A DNA stretch of 64,000 nt from Sediminibacterium sp. (GTDB lineage: Bacteria; Bacteroidota; Bacteroidia; Chitinophagales; Chitinophagaceae): assembly GCA_027487895.1 (NCBI GenBank), contig JAIYCS010000018.1, positions 37,995-101,994 on the forward strand. The letters run 5' to 3'. Positions 18,310 to 27,933 of the stretch are shown here, piece by piece (the first letter of the stretch is position 1; each line of letters starts with the position of its first letter). The notes beneath the pieces were generated by a model. The model made no database searches. It saw only the letters and a program-made list of their open reading frames with translations, and had not been told where the DNA came from. Made by a program: the position numbers and the translations under genes.

Positions 18310-19281
18310 ATGCGCAAAATAAAATATTACTATAATACCCATACCCTCAGGTTTGAAAAGCTTGAAACGCCACTTCGGGTGCGTCTATTGCAGGTGTTTG
18401 GTTTTATAGCTGCTTCCATGGTTACGGGGATTATCATTTTTGCCATTGCTTTTCAGTACATTGATTCCCCCAAAGAAAAACTGCTCCGCCAACAAAATGA
18501 AGACCTTCGTGAAGGCTATGGCGTAATTGAAGAGCGCCTTAAGCAGCTTGAGTTAAAAATGGGTGAAATCACCAATCGGGACAACACGGTATACCGCTCC
18601 ATATTTGAAGCGGACCCCGTTGCGGATAGTGCACGTTTAAGAGACATGGAACAGAAAAAAGAGGTACAACTCGTGCAGCGTATGGGTTCTACCGATCTTG
18701 TGCATACCGTTATTGATCAGCTCAATAGCTTGGCCCTTCGAATGGAATACCAGAATAAATCCTTTAATGAGCTAATAGGCATGGTAAAAAACAAGGCTAA
18801 ATTACTGGCTGCCATCCCTGCCATTCAGCCCATTAGTAATAAAAAATTGTCCAGAATAGCTTCTGGTTTTGGCTACCGTATCGACCCTATTTATAAAACC
18901 CGTAAGGCGCATGAGGGACTTGATTTTGCAGCCCCCATTGGCACGCCCATTTACGCAACTGCGGACGGTGTTGTAACTACATCTGGTTTTACCACCAGCG
19001 GTTTTGGTATTCACGTAGTTGTCAATCATGGTTATGGATACAAAACCATTTATGGGCATATGGTAAGGGTGAAAGCTAGGGTTGGGCAGCGGGTAAGCAG
19101 GGGCGAAGTGATTGGTTACGTAGGTAACTCCGGAAAAAGCACAGGCCCACACCTTCATTATGAAGTGCATAAATCAGGCATTCCAATTGATCCGATTAAC
19201 TTCTTTTACAATGATTTAACGCCAGCACAATTTGACCGACTTTTAAAAATGGCAGCAGCCAATAACCAAAGCTTAGACTAA
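18310..19281 (+). CDS. M23-family metallopeptidase (LytM-type) with N-terminal membrane anchor and coiled coil
   Basis: HEGLDF (HxxxD) and HLHYEV (HxH) motifs. One TM span near residues 25-47. Confidence 0.9.
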   Translation: MRKIKYYYNTHTLRFEKLETPLRVRLLQVFGFIAASMVTGIIIFAIAFQYIDSPKEKLLRQQNEDLREGYGVIEERLKQLELKMGEITNRDNTVYRSIFEADPVADSARLRDMEQKKEVQLVQRMGSTDLVHTVIDQLNSLALRMEYQNKSFNELIGMVKNKAKLLAAIPAIQPISNKKLSRIASGFGYRIDPIYKTRKAHEGLDFAAPIGTPIYATADGVVTTSGFTTSGFGIHVVVNHGYGYKTIYGHMVRVKARVGQRVSRGEVIGYVGNSGKSTGPHLHYEVHKSGIPIDPINFFYNDLTPAQFDRLLKMAAANNQSLD

Positions 19282-19285
19282 TCAT

Positions 19286-19519
19286 ATGGAACCAGGCGTA
19301 CGTAAATATTTAATAAGAATTGTAAATACCTTATCCATGTTTTTACTATGGATGGCGGTTAATTCATGCGCAGGCATTATGTATGGTGCCGCTTATTGGG
19401 AAAGCAGTTTTACCAGTACCAATCTTATTTTTTATACTTGGCTTTTATTAAGCACTGGACTGTTATTTTGGTATCTATACAATAAATGGAAAGATCCCAT
19501 CGATTACAACGAAGAATAA
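19286..19519 (+). CDS. small two-TM membrane protein, function unknown
   Basis: 77-aa ORF with an ATG 4 nt after the M23 stop codon and two hydrophobic spans. No family recognised. Confidence 0.5.
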   Translation: MEPGVRKYLIRIVNTLSMFLLWMAVNSCAGIMYGAAYWESSFTSTNLIFYTWLLLSTGLLFWYLYNKWKDPIDYNEE

Positions 19520-20428
19520 TTATTTATCCTTACCGTCTAAGATAACGGGCGTATTGCCTTTACCCATCACAATTACTTTTGAGTTAGGCGAAGTAATAAG
19601 TCCTTTCATCATTTGTATTTGCTCGTATTGTAATTGTTTATCGTTTAAGCCGGTACTAATGATGCGTTGGTAATCTGCAATACCCTGCGCTTCTACACGC
19701 TTACGCTCTGCTTCTTGTTTTTCTTTTTGAAGCACAAATTCCATTTTTTGTGCGTCTTGTTCTGCTTTAATTTTTTCTTCGATAGAAGTTTTTACGTTGT
19801 TAGGAAGGGTGATGTTTCTGAGTAATAACTGCTCAAGAATCAGACCTCTTTTTTTAAAATCTGCTTCTATGCTTGTAAATATTTTATTTTGAAATTGATC
19901 CCTCTTGGTAGAGTATAAGTCAATGGCAGTAAAGTATACAGCGTTATCTCTAATTTTTGTTCTTGTAAGTGGTCTTACAATTTTGTCTTTATAATCGAGC
20001 CCCGTTTCTCTCATTAACCTTGGTGCTTCAGCGCCAACAACGCGGTATAAAACAGTAAGGTCGATGGTCACTTCTAACCCGTCTGAGGTTAGTACACGAA
20101 TGGCGTCATCACCTTCTTTATCCCCCTCGTCATGAACGCCGCTCATGGTGTAGTTGAGTGTTTTGATATCTACATTGTATACGTTTACAAGCGGATTAAC
20201 AAAATTGAGTCCGGGAGTAAGCACTTCATTAGATACTTTACCAAATAAACTTGAAACCCCAATTTGTCCAGCATCTATTTGTTTAACACATGCGTTTAAA
20301 GCGCCAATAACGATTAGTACAATACCAACGCTTCTAATGCCATTACCTAATTTTTGTAACTCTTCTTTTTGCTTAAGAATAAATATGCCTAAGACAAGGA
20401 CAATAATGCCTAAAATAATAAGTACCAT
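19520..20428 (-). CDS. SPFH/Band-7 (prohibitin/HflC-like) membrane protein
   Basis: 302 aa with an N-terminal TM, an SPFH core and a charged coiled coil (EEKIKAEQDAQKMEFVLQKEKQEAERKRVEAQG). Confidence 0.85.
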   Translation of the reverse strand: MVLIILGIIVLVLGIFILKQKEELQKLGNGIRSVGIVLIVIGALNACVKQIDAGQIGVSSLFGKVSNEVLTPGLNFVNPLVNVYNVDIKTLNYTMSGVHDEGDKEGDDAIRVLTSDGLEVTIDLTVLYRVVGAEAPRLMRETGLDYKDKIVRPLTRTKIRDNAVYFTAIDLYSTKRDQFQNKIFTSIEADFKKRGLILEQLLLRNITLPNNVKTSIEEKIKAEQDAQKMEFVLQKEKQEAERKRVEAQGIADYQRIISTGLNDKQLQYEQIQMMKGLITSPNSKVIVMGKGNTPVILDGKDK

Positions 20429-20453
20429 GGTATATAAATTTTATTGTTTTTAA

Positions 20454-20909
20454 TTAACTGCTATGGTCTTGAATAACAAACCATTTTCCTTTTATTTTTT
20501 GAAGTAGCAAAGTAAAATACCCGCTAACATCTCCTTTGCTTCTTTGTAATGCCCATTTACCTAAAACACGGTAATGCTTTTTTTCGATGGGTGTTACAGC
20601 AAGTAATGTGAATGTTAGTTTACCCATCGACGCGGTGTCGGGATAGCCTTTTTTATAATTGTTAAGTGTATTCGTAAAACCATAGGTAGGACCCGATTTG
20701 CCAACAAATAAAAGGGAGTCAGAAGGCAGGTAGCCTTCCATAAATCCAACTAGGTTTCCTTCATTCCATGCCTTTGTTTGCGCAGCTAAAAGTGCTCTTA
20801 TGGCCGTCTCATTTTTATGGTATGTTGGCGGGTTATTTTGCGTATTTTTTTGCGCCAAAGATTGAAGTGAAAGGACGAGTAAAAACAAGGTGAACATGCG
20901 TGTTAGCAT
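20454..20909 (-). CDS. exported SnoaL/NTF2-like protein (DUF4440-like)
   Basis: 151 aa with a signal peptide. WNEGNL...GKW..Q.HSS pattern typical of NTF2-fold DUF4440 proteins, recalled from memory. Confidence 0.55.
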   Translation of the reverse strand: MLTRMFTLFLLVLSLQSLAQKNTQNNPPTYHKNETAIRALLAAQTKAWNEGNLVGFMEGYLPSDSLLFVGKSGPTYGFTNTLNNYKKGYPDTASMGKLTFTLLAVTPIEKKHYRVLGKWALQRSKGDVSGYFTLLLQKIKGKWFVIQDHSS

Positions 20910-20984
20910 AAACCGTTTAATTTTACACTAAGCTACTACTTCTAATTGGTTTTGAAAGATAATTTAGGGTTTGTAACTTGCTGT

Positions 20985-21578
20985 ATGTCATACAAAAAAC
21001 ATCTGCAAAAGGATAAGCGGTTGGCGGCCATTTTAAAAGGTGATACGCATGTATTAACGCTTCAAAAAAATATTCCAATAAGGCTTATGGCAAGCATTAT
21101 CAGCCAGCAATTAAGTACCAAAGTAGCGGCCATTATCTTTGATCGTTTTTTAGCTTTATATCCAGGCAAAAAGCCAACCATACAAAAAGTATTGGACACC
21201 TCAGAAGAGACACTTAGAGGAATTGGTATCAGTTACGCGAAAATAAAATACATCTATGCGGTTGCCAATTTTTGTCAGGTGCATACAATCACAGATAAAA
21301 AATTAGCACAATTACCTGATGAGGCCATTATAGATTTACTGGTGCAAATAAATGGCGTAGGAAAGTGGACCGTTCAAATGCTACTTATGTTTTCTTTGGG
21401 TCGTGAAAATGTATTTGCTGTAGATGATTTGGGTATTCAGCAAGCAATGGTAAAGCTTTATCGTCTTGACCCTTCTAACAAAAAGGAACTAAAAGCAAAA
21501 ATGTTGTCTATTTCCGAAGCCTGGAGCCCTTTTAAAACCTATGCCTGCCTTCATTTGTGGCGCTGGAAAGACGCTTAA
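20985..21578 (+). CDS. DNA-3-methyladenine glycosylase II family (HhH-GPD) protein
   Basis: HhH-GPD block INGVGKWTVQMLLMFSLGRENVFAVDDLGI with the catalytic Asp context. The ATG at 20985 is preferred over the upstream alternative start. Confidence 0.8.
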   Translation: MSYKKHLQKDKRLAAILKGDTHVLTLQKNIPIRLMASIISQQLSTKVAAIIFDRFLALYPGKKPTIQKVLDTSEETLRGIGISYAKIKYIYAVANFCQVHTITDKKLAQLPDEAIIDLLVQINGVGKWTVQMLLMFSLGRENVFAVDDLGIQQAMVKLYRLDPSNKKELKAKMLSISEAWSPFKTYACLHLWRWKDA

Positions 21579-21636
21579 TTTGGAGAAGCATTAAACTATT
21601 TTCAACCTTGGTAGTCCAAGTAATTACCTTTAGCCT

Positions 21637-22188
21637 ATGGACTTACATTTAGATGATACCAGTTTACTGGCAGCATTTCACAACCAAACCACCAAAGAAA
21701 AAGGGTACAATGGCATTGTGAAAAAGTACCAAGAAAAACTATATTGGCATATTCGAAGAATGCTGGTAAGTCATGAAGACACCAATGATGTATTACAAAT
21801 GGTGCTTGTAAAAGTGTGGAACGGACTTGAAAATTTTAGAGAAGACAGCAAATTATATACCTGGATGTACCGTATTGCCACCAATGAAACCCTCACATTT
21901 ATAGAAAAAGAAAAAAAGAGGGCAATTGTTTCATTGGATCAGGACTCAGATACCTTTAGAGATAAGGTAAAAGCAGATGCTCATTTTGATGAAAATCAAT
22001 TGATTTGGCGTTTGCAACTTGCTATTAAATCTTTACCTGAAAAACAGCAGCTCGTTTTTAATTTACGCTATTATGACGAAATGCCGTATCATCAAATGAG
22101 CGAACTATTAGACACTTCAGAAGGCGCATTAAAAGCAAGTTACCATCATGCTGCAAAAAAAATTGAAGAATTTATTAAAAGCTATTAA
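21637..22188 (+). CDS. ECF-type RNA polymerase sigma-70 family factor
   Basis: 183 aa with a region 2 block (DVLQMVLVKVW...YTWMYRIATNE) and a region 4 HTH (YDEMPYHQMSELLDTSEGALKASYHHAAKKIE). Confidence 0.9.
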   Translation: MDLHLDDTSLLAAFHNQTTKEKGYNGIVKKYQEKLYWHIRRMLVSHEDTNDVLQMVLVKVWNGLENFREDSKLYTWMYRIATNETLTFIEKEKKRAIVSLDQDSDTFRDKVKADAHFDENQLIWRLQLAIKSLPEKQQLVFNLRYYDEMPYHQMSELLDTSEGALKASYHHAAKKIEEFIKSY

Positions 22189-22222
22189 ACCAAACTGATA
22201 CGATAGCGTCTATTCATTACAC

Positions 22223-22744
22223 ATGCACACCAACAAAACCATACAACAAGAATTAGAAGCAGTAAGCTCATTTTGGAATACCATTCCATCCCAAATGCCT
22301 TACATGGTGCCAACTCATTATTTTGAATCGCTGCCTAGTATGGTGCGTGCAAAAATAGAAACGCAGGCTGTTTACGATGAGCTTGAACTCGTTGCGCCTC
22401 TGTTAAATACGATACCTAAACAAGCCGGATATCATATACCTGTTTCGCCTGTTAATGCATTGCCTTCAAATGCAGTTGCTAAGCCTTCTACAAAGGTTTT
22501 TACCTGGCCTAAACTAGCCATAGCAGCGGCACTCATTGGTGCAATGGTACTTGTAAATTTTATGTATACAAGCCAAAAACAAGCCGTTGATTATAGCGCG
22601 TATATTGGTGCCGATCACCAACAAATTATTGAAACCATTAGTGATTCTACATTAACGGCATACCTAGATGTACATGAAAAATTAATTGTAACACCAGATG
22701 TTTCGGATCAAGAACTTTTAGAATACATACAATCAAATAATTAA
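22223..22744 (+). CDS. single-pass membrane protein, putative anti-sigma factor
   Basis: 173 aa with one TM (LAIAAALIGAMVLVNFMY). It directly follows the ECF sigma gene. Internal repeat NTIPxQxxYxVP...LPS occurs twice. No zinc-finger anti-sigma motif. Confidence 0.5.
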   Translation: MHTNKTIQQELEAVSSFWNTIPSQMPYMVPTHYFESLPSMVRAKIETQAVYDELELVAPLLNTIPKQAGYHIPVSPVNALPSNAVAKPSTKVFTWPKLAIAAALIGAMVLVNFMYTSQKQAVDYSAYIGADHQQIIETISDSTLTAYLDVHEKLIVTPDVSDQELLEYIQSNN

Positions 22745-22754
22745 ATCAACAACA

Positions 22755-23243
22755 ATGAAAAAGATCATTTTTAGTTTTTTACTTTCCATGTTTGTTGTAG
22801 CTATCGCTAGTGCACAACCACAGGAAAGACCCATGGGACCTCGCGGTAAAGGTCCAAGACCTAGTAGAGAAAATGTAGAAGCACTTAAAGTGGCTTTTAT
22901 AACCAAGCATTTAAATTTAAATGCAGATGAAGCACAAAAATTTTGGCCAGCCTACAATGCATGTATTGAGGAATTAAAAAAAGCACGAAAAGAAAAAAAT
23001 GAGGATGTGCTTGCTTTTGAAGAAGCTGCATTAAACATCAGAAAAAAGTATAGAACTGACTTTAAAAAAGCATTGGGATCTGATGAACGTGTAAATAAAG
23101 CACTTGCTGCAGACCGCGCTTTTATGGCAATGATCAAAGAAGAATTGCAAAACAGAAAAGGCATGCATAAAAAAGGCAGCAAACCCCCACCGCCACCTCC
23201 TCCAGGCCAAGAAGAGCCATTACAAGAAGAGCCATTAATTTAA
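22755..23243 (+). CDS. exported Spy/CpxP-like helical protein with proline-rich tail
   Basis: 162 aa with a signal peptide. LNLNADEAQKFWPAYNAC resembles the LTxxQ motif. Tail PPPPPPPGQEEPLQEEPLI. Confidence 0.55.
   Translation: MKKIIFSFLLSMFVVAIASAQPQERPMGPRGKGPRPSRENVEALKVAFITKHLNLNADEAQKFWPAYNACIEELKKARKEKNEDVLAFEEAALNIRKKYRTDFKKALGSDERVNKALAADRAFMAMIKEELQNRKGMHKKGSKPPPPPPPGQEEPLQEEPLI
23208..23237 (+). repeat. perfect 2 x 15 bp tandem duplication (CAAGAAGAGCCATTA) encoding QEEPL-QEEPL
   Basis: Read directly: 23208-23222 equals 23223-23237. It lies in the last codons of the 22755-23243 gene. Confidence 0.9.
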
Positions 23244-23989
23244 GAACAAGCCCAAATAGGCGATACAATATCATGGTAAAACAAGAAGGTCCAATCTTCT
23301 TGTTTTGCTTTTTCTAGCCATGCTTGCCTCAGCTCCATACATTTTTTCCCATCATAATCGTACTTCGCAACAAACCTGCTTTTCATTTGCTGTAGTTGAG
23401 GTGCATCATCTCCTCCAAAAAATACCGTTTGATTGTCTTCGGTGATCCAAAACACTTGATGAAACTTGGAGTGGGCTCCCGTTACTTGGAATTTAATGCC
23501 ACCTTCAATTTCGCCTTCATCACTATCTAGCCAAACAACTTTACTAAAATCCTGTAGCGGTAAAATATCAGAAGGAATATAAGAAGCCGATCCAATACCC
23601 GTGGCAAATTCAAATTCCCTTTTTTGGATATAATACGTAGCGTATGGGAAACTGATGTAGCGGGCAGTATTGTCGATATTACTAAATGTGGTTCCACCTG
23701 CATGGTCTTTGTGCAAGTGGCTCATAAGTACTTTTGTAACAGAAGCCGGCTTGATGCCCGCTTTCTCTAAATTTTCGTGTAATTGTAATTGGCCAGCTGG
23801 ATTTGTATAGCCAAGACCCGTATCAATTAATATGATATCTTTTTTTGTAACCACAACAAAGGGTTGAATTTCTACAAGCAAACTTCCTACTGGCCTACTT
23901 TGCAGTGCTTCTGTTTGGGTATTAAAGGGAACAAATACCTTGGATTGATCGATGGTGAAACTACCTTCTGATAATGGAATGATTTGCAT
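23240..23989 (-). CDS. MBL-fold metallo-hydrolase
   Basis: HLHKDHAGG (HxHxDH) motif. 249 aa, starting 14 nt after the rodA stop codon. Confidence 0.8.
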   Translation of the reverse strand: MQIIPLSEGSFTIDQSKVFVPFNTQTEALQSRPVGSLLVEIQPFVVVTKKDIILIDTGLGYTNPAGQLQLHENLEKAGIKPASVTKVLMSHLHKDHAGGTTFSNIDNTARYISFPYATYYIQKREFEFATGIGSASYIPSDILPLQDFSKVVWLDSDEGEIEGGIKFQVTGAHSKFHQVFWITEDNQTVFFGGDDAPQLQQMKSRFVAKYDYDGKKCMELRQAWLEKAKQEDWTFLFYHDIVSPIWACS

Positions 23990-24003
23990 GAAAATCGATT
24001 GGT

Positions 24004-25353
24004 TTAACGTAGCACCATTTGCCTATCGGCGTCTAGTCGGAGCATGATAAAAATTAATACGGTAAAAGTGAGTAAGGATGATCCTCCGTAACTTATGAGC
24101 GGAAGGGTGATACCTACAATTGGGAAAAGCCCAATGGTCATGCTTACATTAACTGCGATATGAAAAAACAATATACTAGCAACGCAGTAGGCATAGACCC
24201 TACTAAAGGCACTTCTTTGCCTTTCTGCAATACGTACAATGCGAAACAAGAAATATAAGTAAAGTCCTAAAAATATGGCACAACCTACAAATCCAAACGC
24301 TTCACCCAGGGATGTAAAAATAAAATCAGTGTCTTGTTCAGGCACGTATTTACCTCTTGTTTGTGTGCCTTTTAAAAAACCTCTTCCAAAAAATCCACCA
24401 GAGCCAATCGCAATTTTACTTTGTCTTACATTATAATCATCTGGTTTACGTGCAGCTTTACCAGTAACTTTTTCGTTGGATTTTTTATTTAAACTACAAT
24501 CATAATCTTTACCCACCATACTATATATTCTAGTACTCTGGTAGCACTCTAACACGTTGTTAAATACATAGGGAACCACATAGCGCTGTACACCAATACA
24601 TAGGATCCAAATAGATAAAATCGCTGCAATGGTAACAAGCCTTTGTTTTTTTCGAACCTGTCTATAGGCTAAAAAAATAATGAATGCCGCTAAAATCGTC
24701 AACGTAATGGATAGTGCATCTCTTTCTACAATGAGCGTAGCTAGAGCAAGTATACCAAAACACGATCCAATTATTAAGAACTGCGCTGGTAAGCCTTCTC
24801 TGTACATGGCAATTAGTAGGCTTAGATATACAAGCGCTAAACCAAGTTCGTGTTGCAAAATAGATAATGCTGCCGGTGTAAGTGCAATGAGTCCTGCAAT
24901 AATTTGTGACTTAACATTTGTAAAATCTATTTCTTGTCGTGAAATAAATTTAGCAAGTGCCAGTGATGTAAATATTTTGCAAAGCTCTGCTGGCTGTAAA
25001 TTAAAGCCACCCACCAACGGGATCCAAGATCTTGACCCATTGATATTTTTTCCAAGTACAAAAGTGGCTAGCATGAGCAGGATGCCTAATAGATAGGAGA
25101 GATTTGCAAAGGCTGTAAATATTTTACTATCAGTTAATAGTATAAATGTTGCCACAATAGCGCAGACTCCACCAAAAATAAGTTGCTTGCTGTAGTTGGC
25201 TTTGCCGCCTAAGAGTGTAGCCAACCAATTGGTATCTGCTTTATATTCTACCATGAATATACAGAGTATCCCTATAGATACTAAAATAGCGTACAGCCAA
25301 ATAACCGTGTAATCGATTCCTTCCGCCGCAAGATTGTTATTTTTTCTGTTCAT
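24004..25353 (-). CDS. rodA: rod-shape-determining SEDS protein RodA
   Basis: 449-aa polytopic FtsW/RodA/SpoVE-family sequence (EQDTDFIF, LPLISYGGSS). Directly downstream of the PBP2 gene. Confidence 0.9.
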   Translation of the reverse strand: MNRKNNNLAAEGIDYTVIWLYAILVSIGILCIFMVEYKADTNWLATLLGGKANYSKQLIFGGVCAIVATFILLTDSKIFTAFANLSYLLGILLMLATFVLGKNINGSRSWIPLVGGFNLQPAELCKIFTSLALAKFISRQEIDFTNVKSQIIAGLIALTPAALSILQHELGLALVYLSLLIAMYREGLPAQFLIIGSCFGILALATLIVERDALSITLTILAAFIIFLAYRQVRKKQRLVTIAAILSIWILCIGVQRYVVPYVFNNVLECYQSTRIYSMVGKDYDCSLNKKSNEKVTGKAARKPDDYNVRQSKIAIGSGGFFGRGFLKGTQTRGKYVPEQDTDFIFTSLGEAFGFVGCAIFLGLYLYFLFRIVRIAERQRSAFSRVYAYCVASILFFHIAVNVSMTIGLFPIVGITLPLISYGGSSLLTFTVLIFIMLRLDADRQMVLR

Positions 25354-25365
25354 GTTAGTGCTTGG

Positions 25366-27288
25366 CTATTTCTTGGCAATTGATTTTTTGAGGGTAACTT
25401 TTCTTGTAGAATCTTGCTTGATCATCAAGCGTTTCATTTGAGGCGGAATCAAATTCATATTGGCCAGCTGCTCAATTTTTGCTTTCCTTTCTGGTCCAGC
25501 AATAGAGTCCCTCAAATATTTTTCAATCAGTAAACTCGCAATAGGAGCTGCCGATGTTGCACCATATCCTGCATTTTCGCACATGACTGCAATGGCAATA
25601 CGTGGGTTTTCACGCGGCGCAAAAGCGCCAAAAAATGCATGGTCTTTTAGTGATTCACCTCTGTAGGCATTTTCTACAGTACCCGTTTTACCACAAACAT
25701 TAATACCCGGAACTTTTGCATAAGCGCCTGTTCCAAATTCCATAGTGCCTTGCATACCTTCATGTACTTCTTCAAAAATACTTTCGGCAATATTTTTAGT
25801 TCTATGTTTTACTTTAAATCGTGCCAGCATTTCATAATCGTCGCCACCTTCAATGGAGTCGATAAGGTGGGGTAAATAATACCAACCCTTATTGGCAATG
25901 ATCGCCATCACATTGGCAAGTTGTGTAAGGGTGGTTGTAATTTCACCCTGACCAATCGAGTTAGAAATAATATTACAAGCCTGCCAGTTTTTACCAAAAA
26001 TTTTCTGATAATATTTTGATGTAGGAATATTACCCATGCGCTCCGATGGTAAGTCTACACCTAATTTTTTTCCAAGTCCAAATGAATAAGCGTATTCATT
26101 AAATAAACCGAGTGTAATATCTCTATTATTCACTTTTGCGTTGTCTAATATTCTTCGAAACGCTACCGCAAAATAACTATTACATGATTTTGAAATAGCT
26201 GGTTTTAATGTGAAAGTACCAGCCGCGTGACAACCCATTTTTCTACCACAGCCCAAGTAACTTCCGCCGCAGGATACGGTCATTTGATCATCAATAACAC
26301 CTTCTGCCATGCCAATAATACCCACTAGCGTTTTAAATGTGGAGCCTGGAGAATAGGTGGTACTAACAGTTCTATTAAGTAATGGCTTTCTTGGATCAAA
26401 ATACATCATGTCTACTAGATGTTTTTTTCTTTGATTGCCTGTAAGGTAGTTGGGGTTGTAAGTAGGGGCGCTTACCATGCATAAAATACCTCCCGTTTTT
26501 GGATCAATCGCTACAATACTACCTACTTTATTTTGCATCAGTTTTTCGCCAAGTTGTTGAAGCTCTACATCTATACTAGCGTATAAATTTTTACCTGCAA
26601 TGGCGGCGGTATCAAATTCTCCTTTTTCCCAAGGGCCCTGAATTCTTCCTTTGTTGTCTCTAATAAAACGCTTAATACCACGCTGACCCATGAGTACTTT
26701 TTCGTAACTATTTTCAAGACCTGTGGTACCAAAGTAATCACCCATTTCATAACCTTCATCTTTGTGTCTACGTAAAAATCCGGTATCCACCTCTGCAGTG
26801 TAACCAAGCACCGCTGCACCACAATCATAAGGGTAGGATCTTACGGATCTTTCACTTAATGTAAACCCAGGAAAGCGGTACATGTTTTCATTGAGGCGCG
26901 CAAAATTTTCGGTAGTGAGTAGTGATTCAAAAACACTTGGCTTAACGGCGCCATTTTTGAAAATCAAATCCCGCATTCTTTTTTTGTAAGTAGCCGTATC
27001 AATATTTAAAAGTGCGCAAAGTGCAAGTGTATCGGTTCCTTTAGATTCGGCGGGAATCACCACCAAATCATAACTGATGGTATTTTCTAGAATGGCCCTT
27101 TTTTTGCGGTCAAAAATGATGCCCCTATCCGGGTAAATTACTTTTCTATAAAAGGCATTGTTGTCTGCTGCCATTTTATATTTTGTAGAAAAAACCTGAA
27201 GATTAATCAGTTGTAGGGTAATTAAAATAAAGGCACCTATAAAAATGATTTGTACAATTCTACTTCGGTTTTGATTAAAGGCGGACAT
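25366..27288 (-). CDS. mrdA: penicillin-binding protein 2 (elongasome transpeptidase)
   Basis: 640 aa with an N-terminal TM. Motifs SxxK (STFK), SxN (SCN) and KTG (GKTGT). Confidence 0.92.
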   Translation of the reverse strand: MSAFNQNRSRIVQIIFIGAFILITLQLINLQVFSTKYKMAADNNAFYRKVIYPDRGIIFDRKKRAILENTISYDLVVIPAESKGTDTLALCALLNIDTATYKKRMRDLIFKNGAVKPSVFESLLTTENFARLNENMYRFPGFTLSERSVRSYPYDCGAAVLGYTAEVDTGFLRRHKDEGYEMGDYFGTTGLENSYEKVLMGQRGIKRFIRDNKGRIQGPWEKGEFDTAAIAGKNLYASIDVELQQLGEKLMQNKVGSIVAIDPKTGGILCMVSAPTYNPNYLTGNQRKKHLVDMMYFDPRKPLLNRTVSTTYSPGSTFKTLVGIIGMAEGVIDDQMTVSCGGSYLGCGRKMGCHAAGTFTLKPAISKSCNSYFAVAFRRILDNAKVNNRDITLGLFNEYAYSFGLGKKLGVDLPSERMGNIPTSKYYQKIFGKNWQACNIISNSIGQGEITTTLTQLANVMAIIANKGWYYLPHLIDSIEGGDDYEMLARFKVKHRTKNIAESIFEEVHEGMQGTMEFGTGAYAKVPGINVCGKTGTVENAYRGESLKDHAFFGAFAPRENPRIAIAVMCENAGYGATSAAPIASLLIEKYLRDSIAGPERKAKIEQLANMNLIPPQMKRLMIKQDSTRKVTLKKSIAKK

Positions 27289-27399
27289 AGGAGCTTGCTA
27301 AAAATAAGACGACAAAATGTATTGCAAATTTGATGTAACAAAGCCAACAAAGTATCATTTTCTTCAAAAAAACTTATGCATACTTGTGGACAGCCAAAA

Positions 27400-27933
27400 C
27401 TAGGCTGCATTGGTTCTGTACTTACCCTTTCTTAAAAAAAGAAGTTCCGAAAGTACGATCATCATGAAGCTCACAAGAGTGGTGCCAATTACCTTACCTA
27501 AAAAGTATACAAAGTCGCCAAATTGAAGCCACTCGATCAGTACTAAGTAAAAGTGATGGACAAAAGTAAGAAAGCCTACATACACGGCATATGGCGCCCA
27601 GCCCATACTATTAATACCAGGCTCAGCATAGCTTTGCTCGATGGTTTCTTGTGGCAAAAGCAGGTTTAATAAATAAGGTCTAATGTAGGCGATAAGCACA
27701 CAGGGAGCGGCGTGAAGGCCCGTGGTGCCTGTAAAGTAATCCAGTGAAAGCCCAAACAAGAAAGCCACAATCAATAAACTAAACCGGTTTATGGAAAACG
27801 GGAGCCAAAGGATGTATAAAAAATACAAATAAGGAATAATAAAACGGTGTACGGGTGGTACTTCGTTTAAAACCACAATTTGAAGTAGTAAAAACAGTGC
27901 AAAGCGTATGATATTTTTAAGTAGGCTATTCAC
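27400..27933 (-). CDS. mreD: rod-shape-determining protein MreD
   Basis: 177-aa polytopic membrane protein overlapping the mreC stop by 8 nt. The operon position is canonical. Confidence 0.8.
   Translation of the reverse strand: MNSLLKNIIRFALFLLLQIVVLNEVPPVHRFIIPYLYFLYILWLPFSINRFSLLIVAFLFGLSLDYFTGTTGLHAAPCVLIAYIRPYLLNLLLPQETIEQSYAEPGINSMGWAPYAVYVGFLTFVHHFYLVLIEWLQFGDFVYFLGKVIGTTLVSFMMIVLSELLFLRKGKYRTNAA

Noticed and set aside
18939-18954. TGGCAC, a sigma-54 -24-like element (rpoN is in the window)
   Set aside because: It lies inside the M23 peptidase coding sequence. The -12 position reads TTTA rather than TTGC. Other TGGCAC occurrences I noticed (near 4068, 5215, 41150 and 49070) also lack a -12 element.
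24680-25096. 138-aa plus-strand ORF inside rodA. Similar shadow ORFs occur at 1695-2003, 15002-15388, 15614-15955, 36093-36446, 41241-41615, 53062-53418 and elsewhere.
   Set aside because: All lie wholly within, and antisense or out of frame to, confidently identified genes. None has recognisable motifs.
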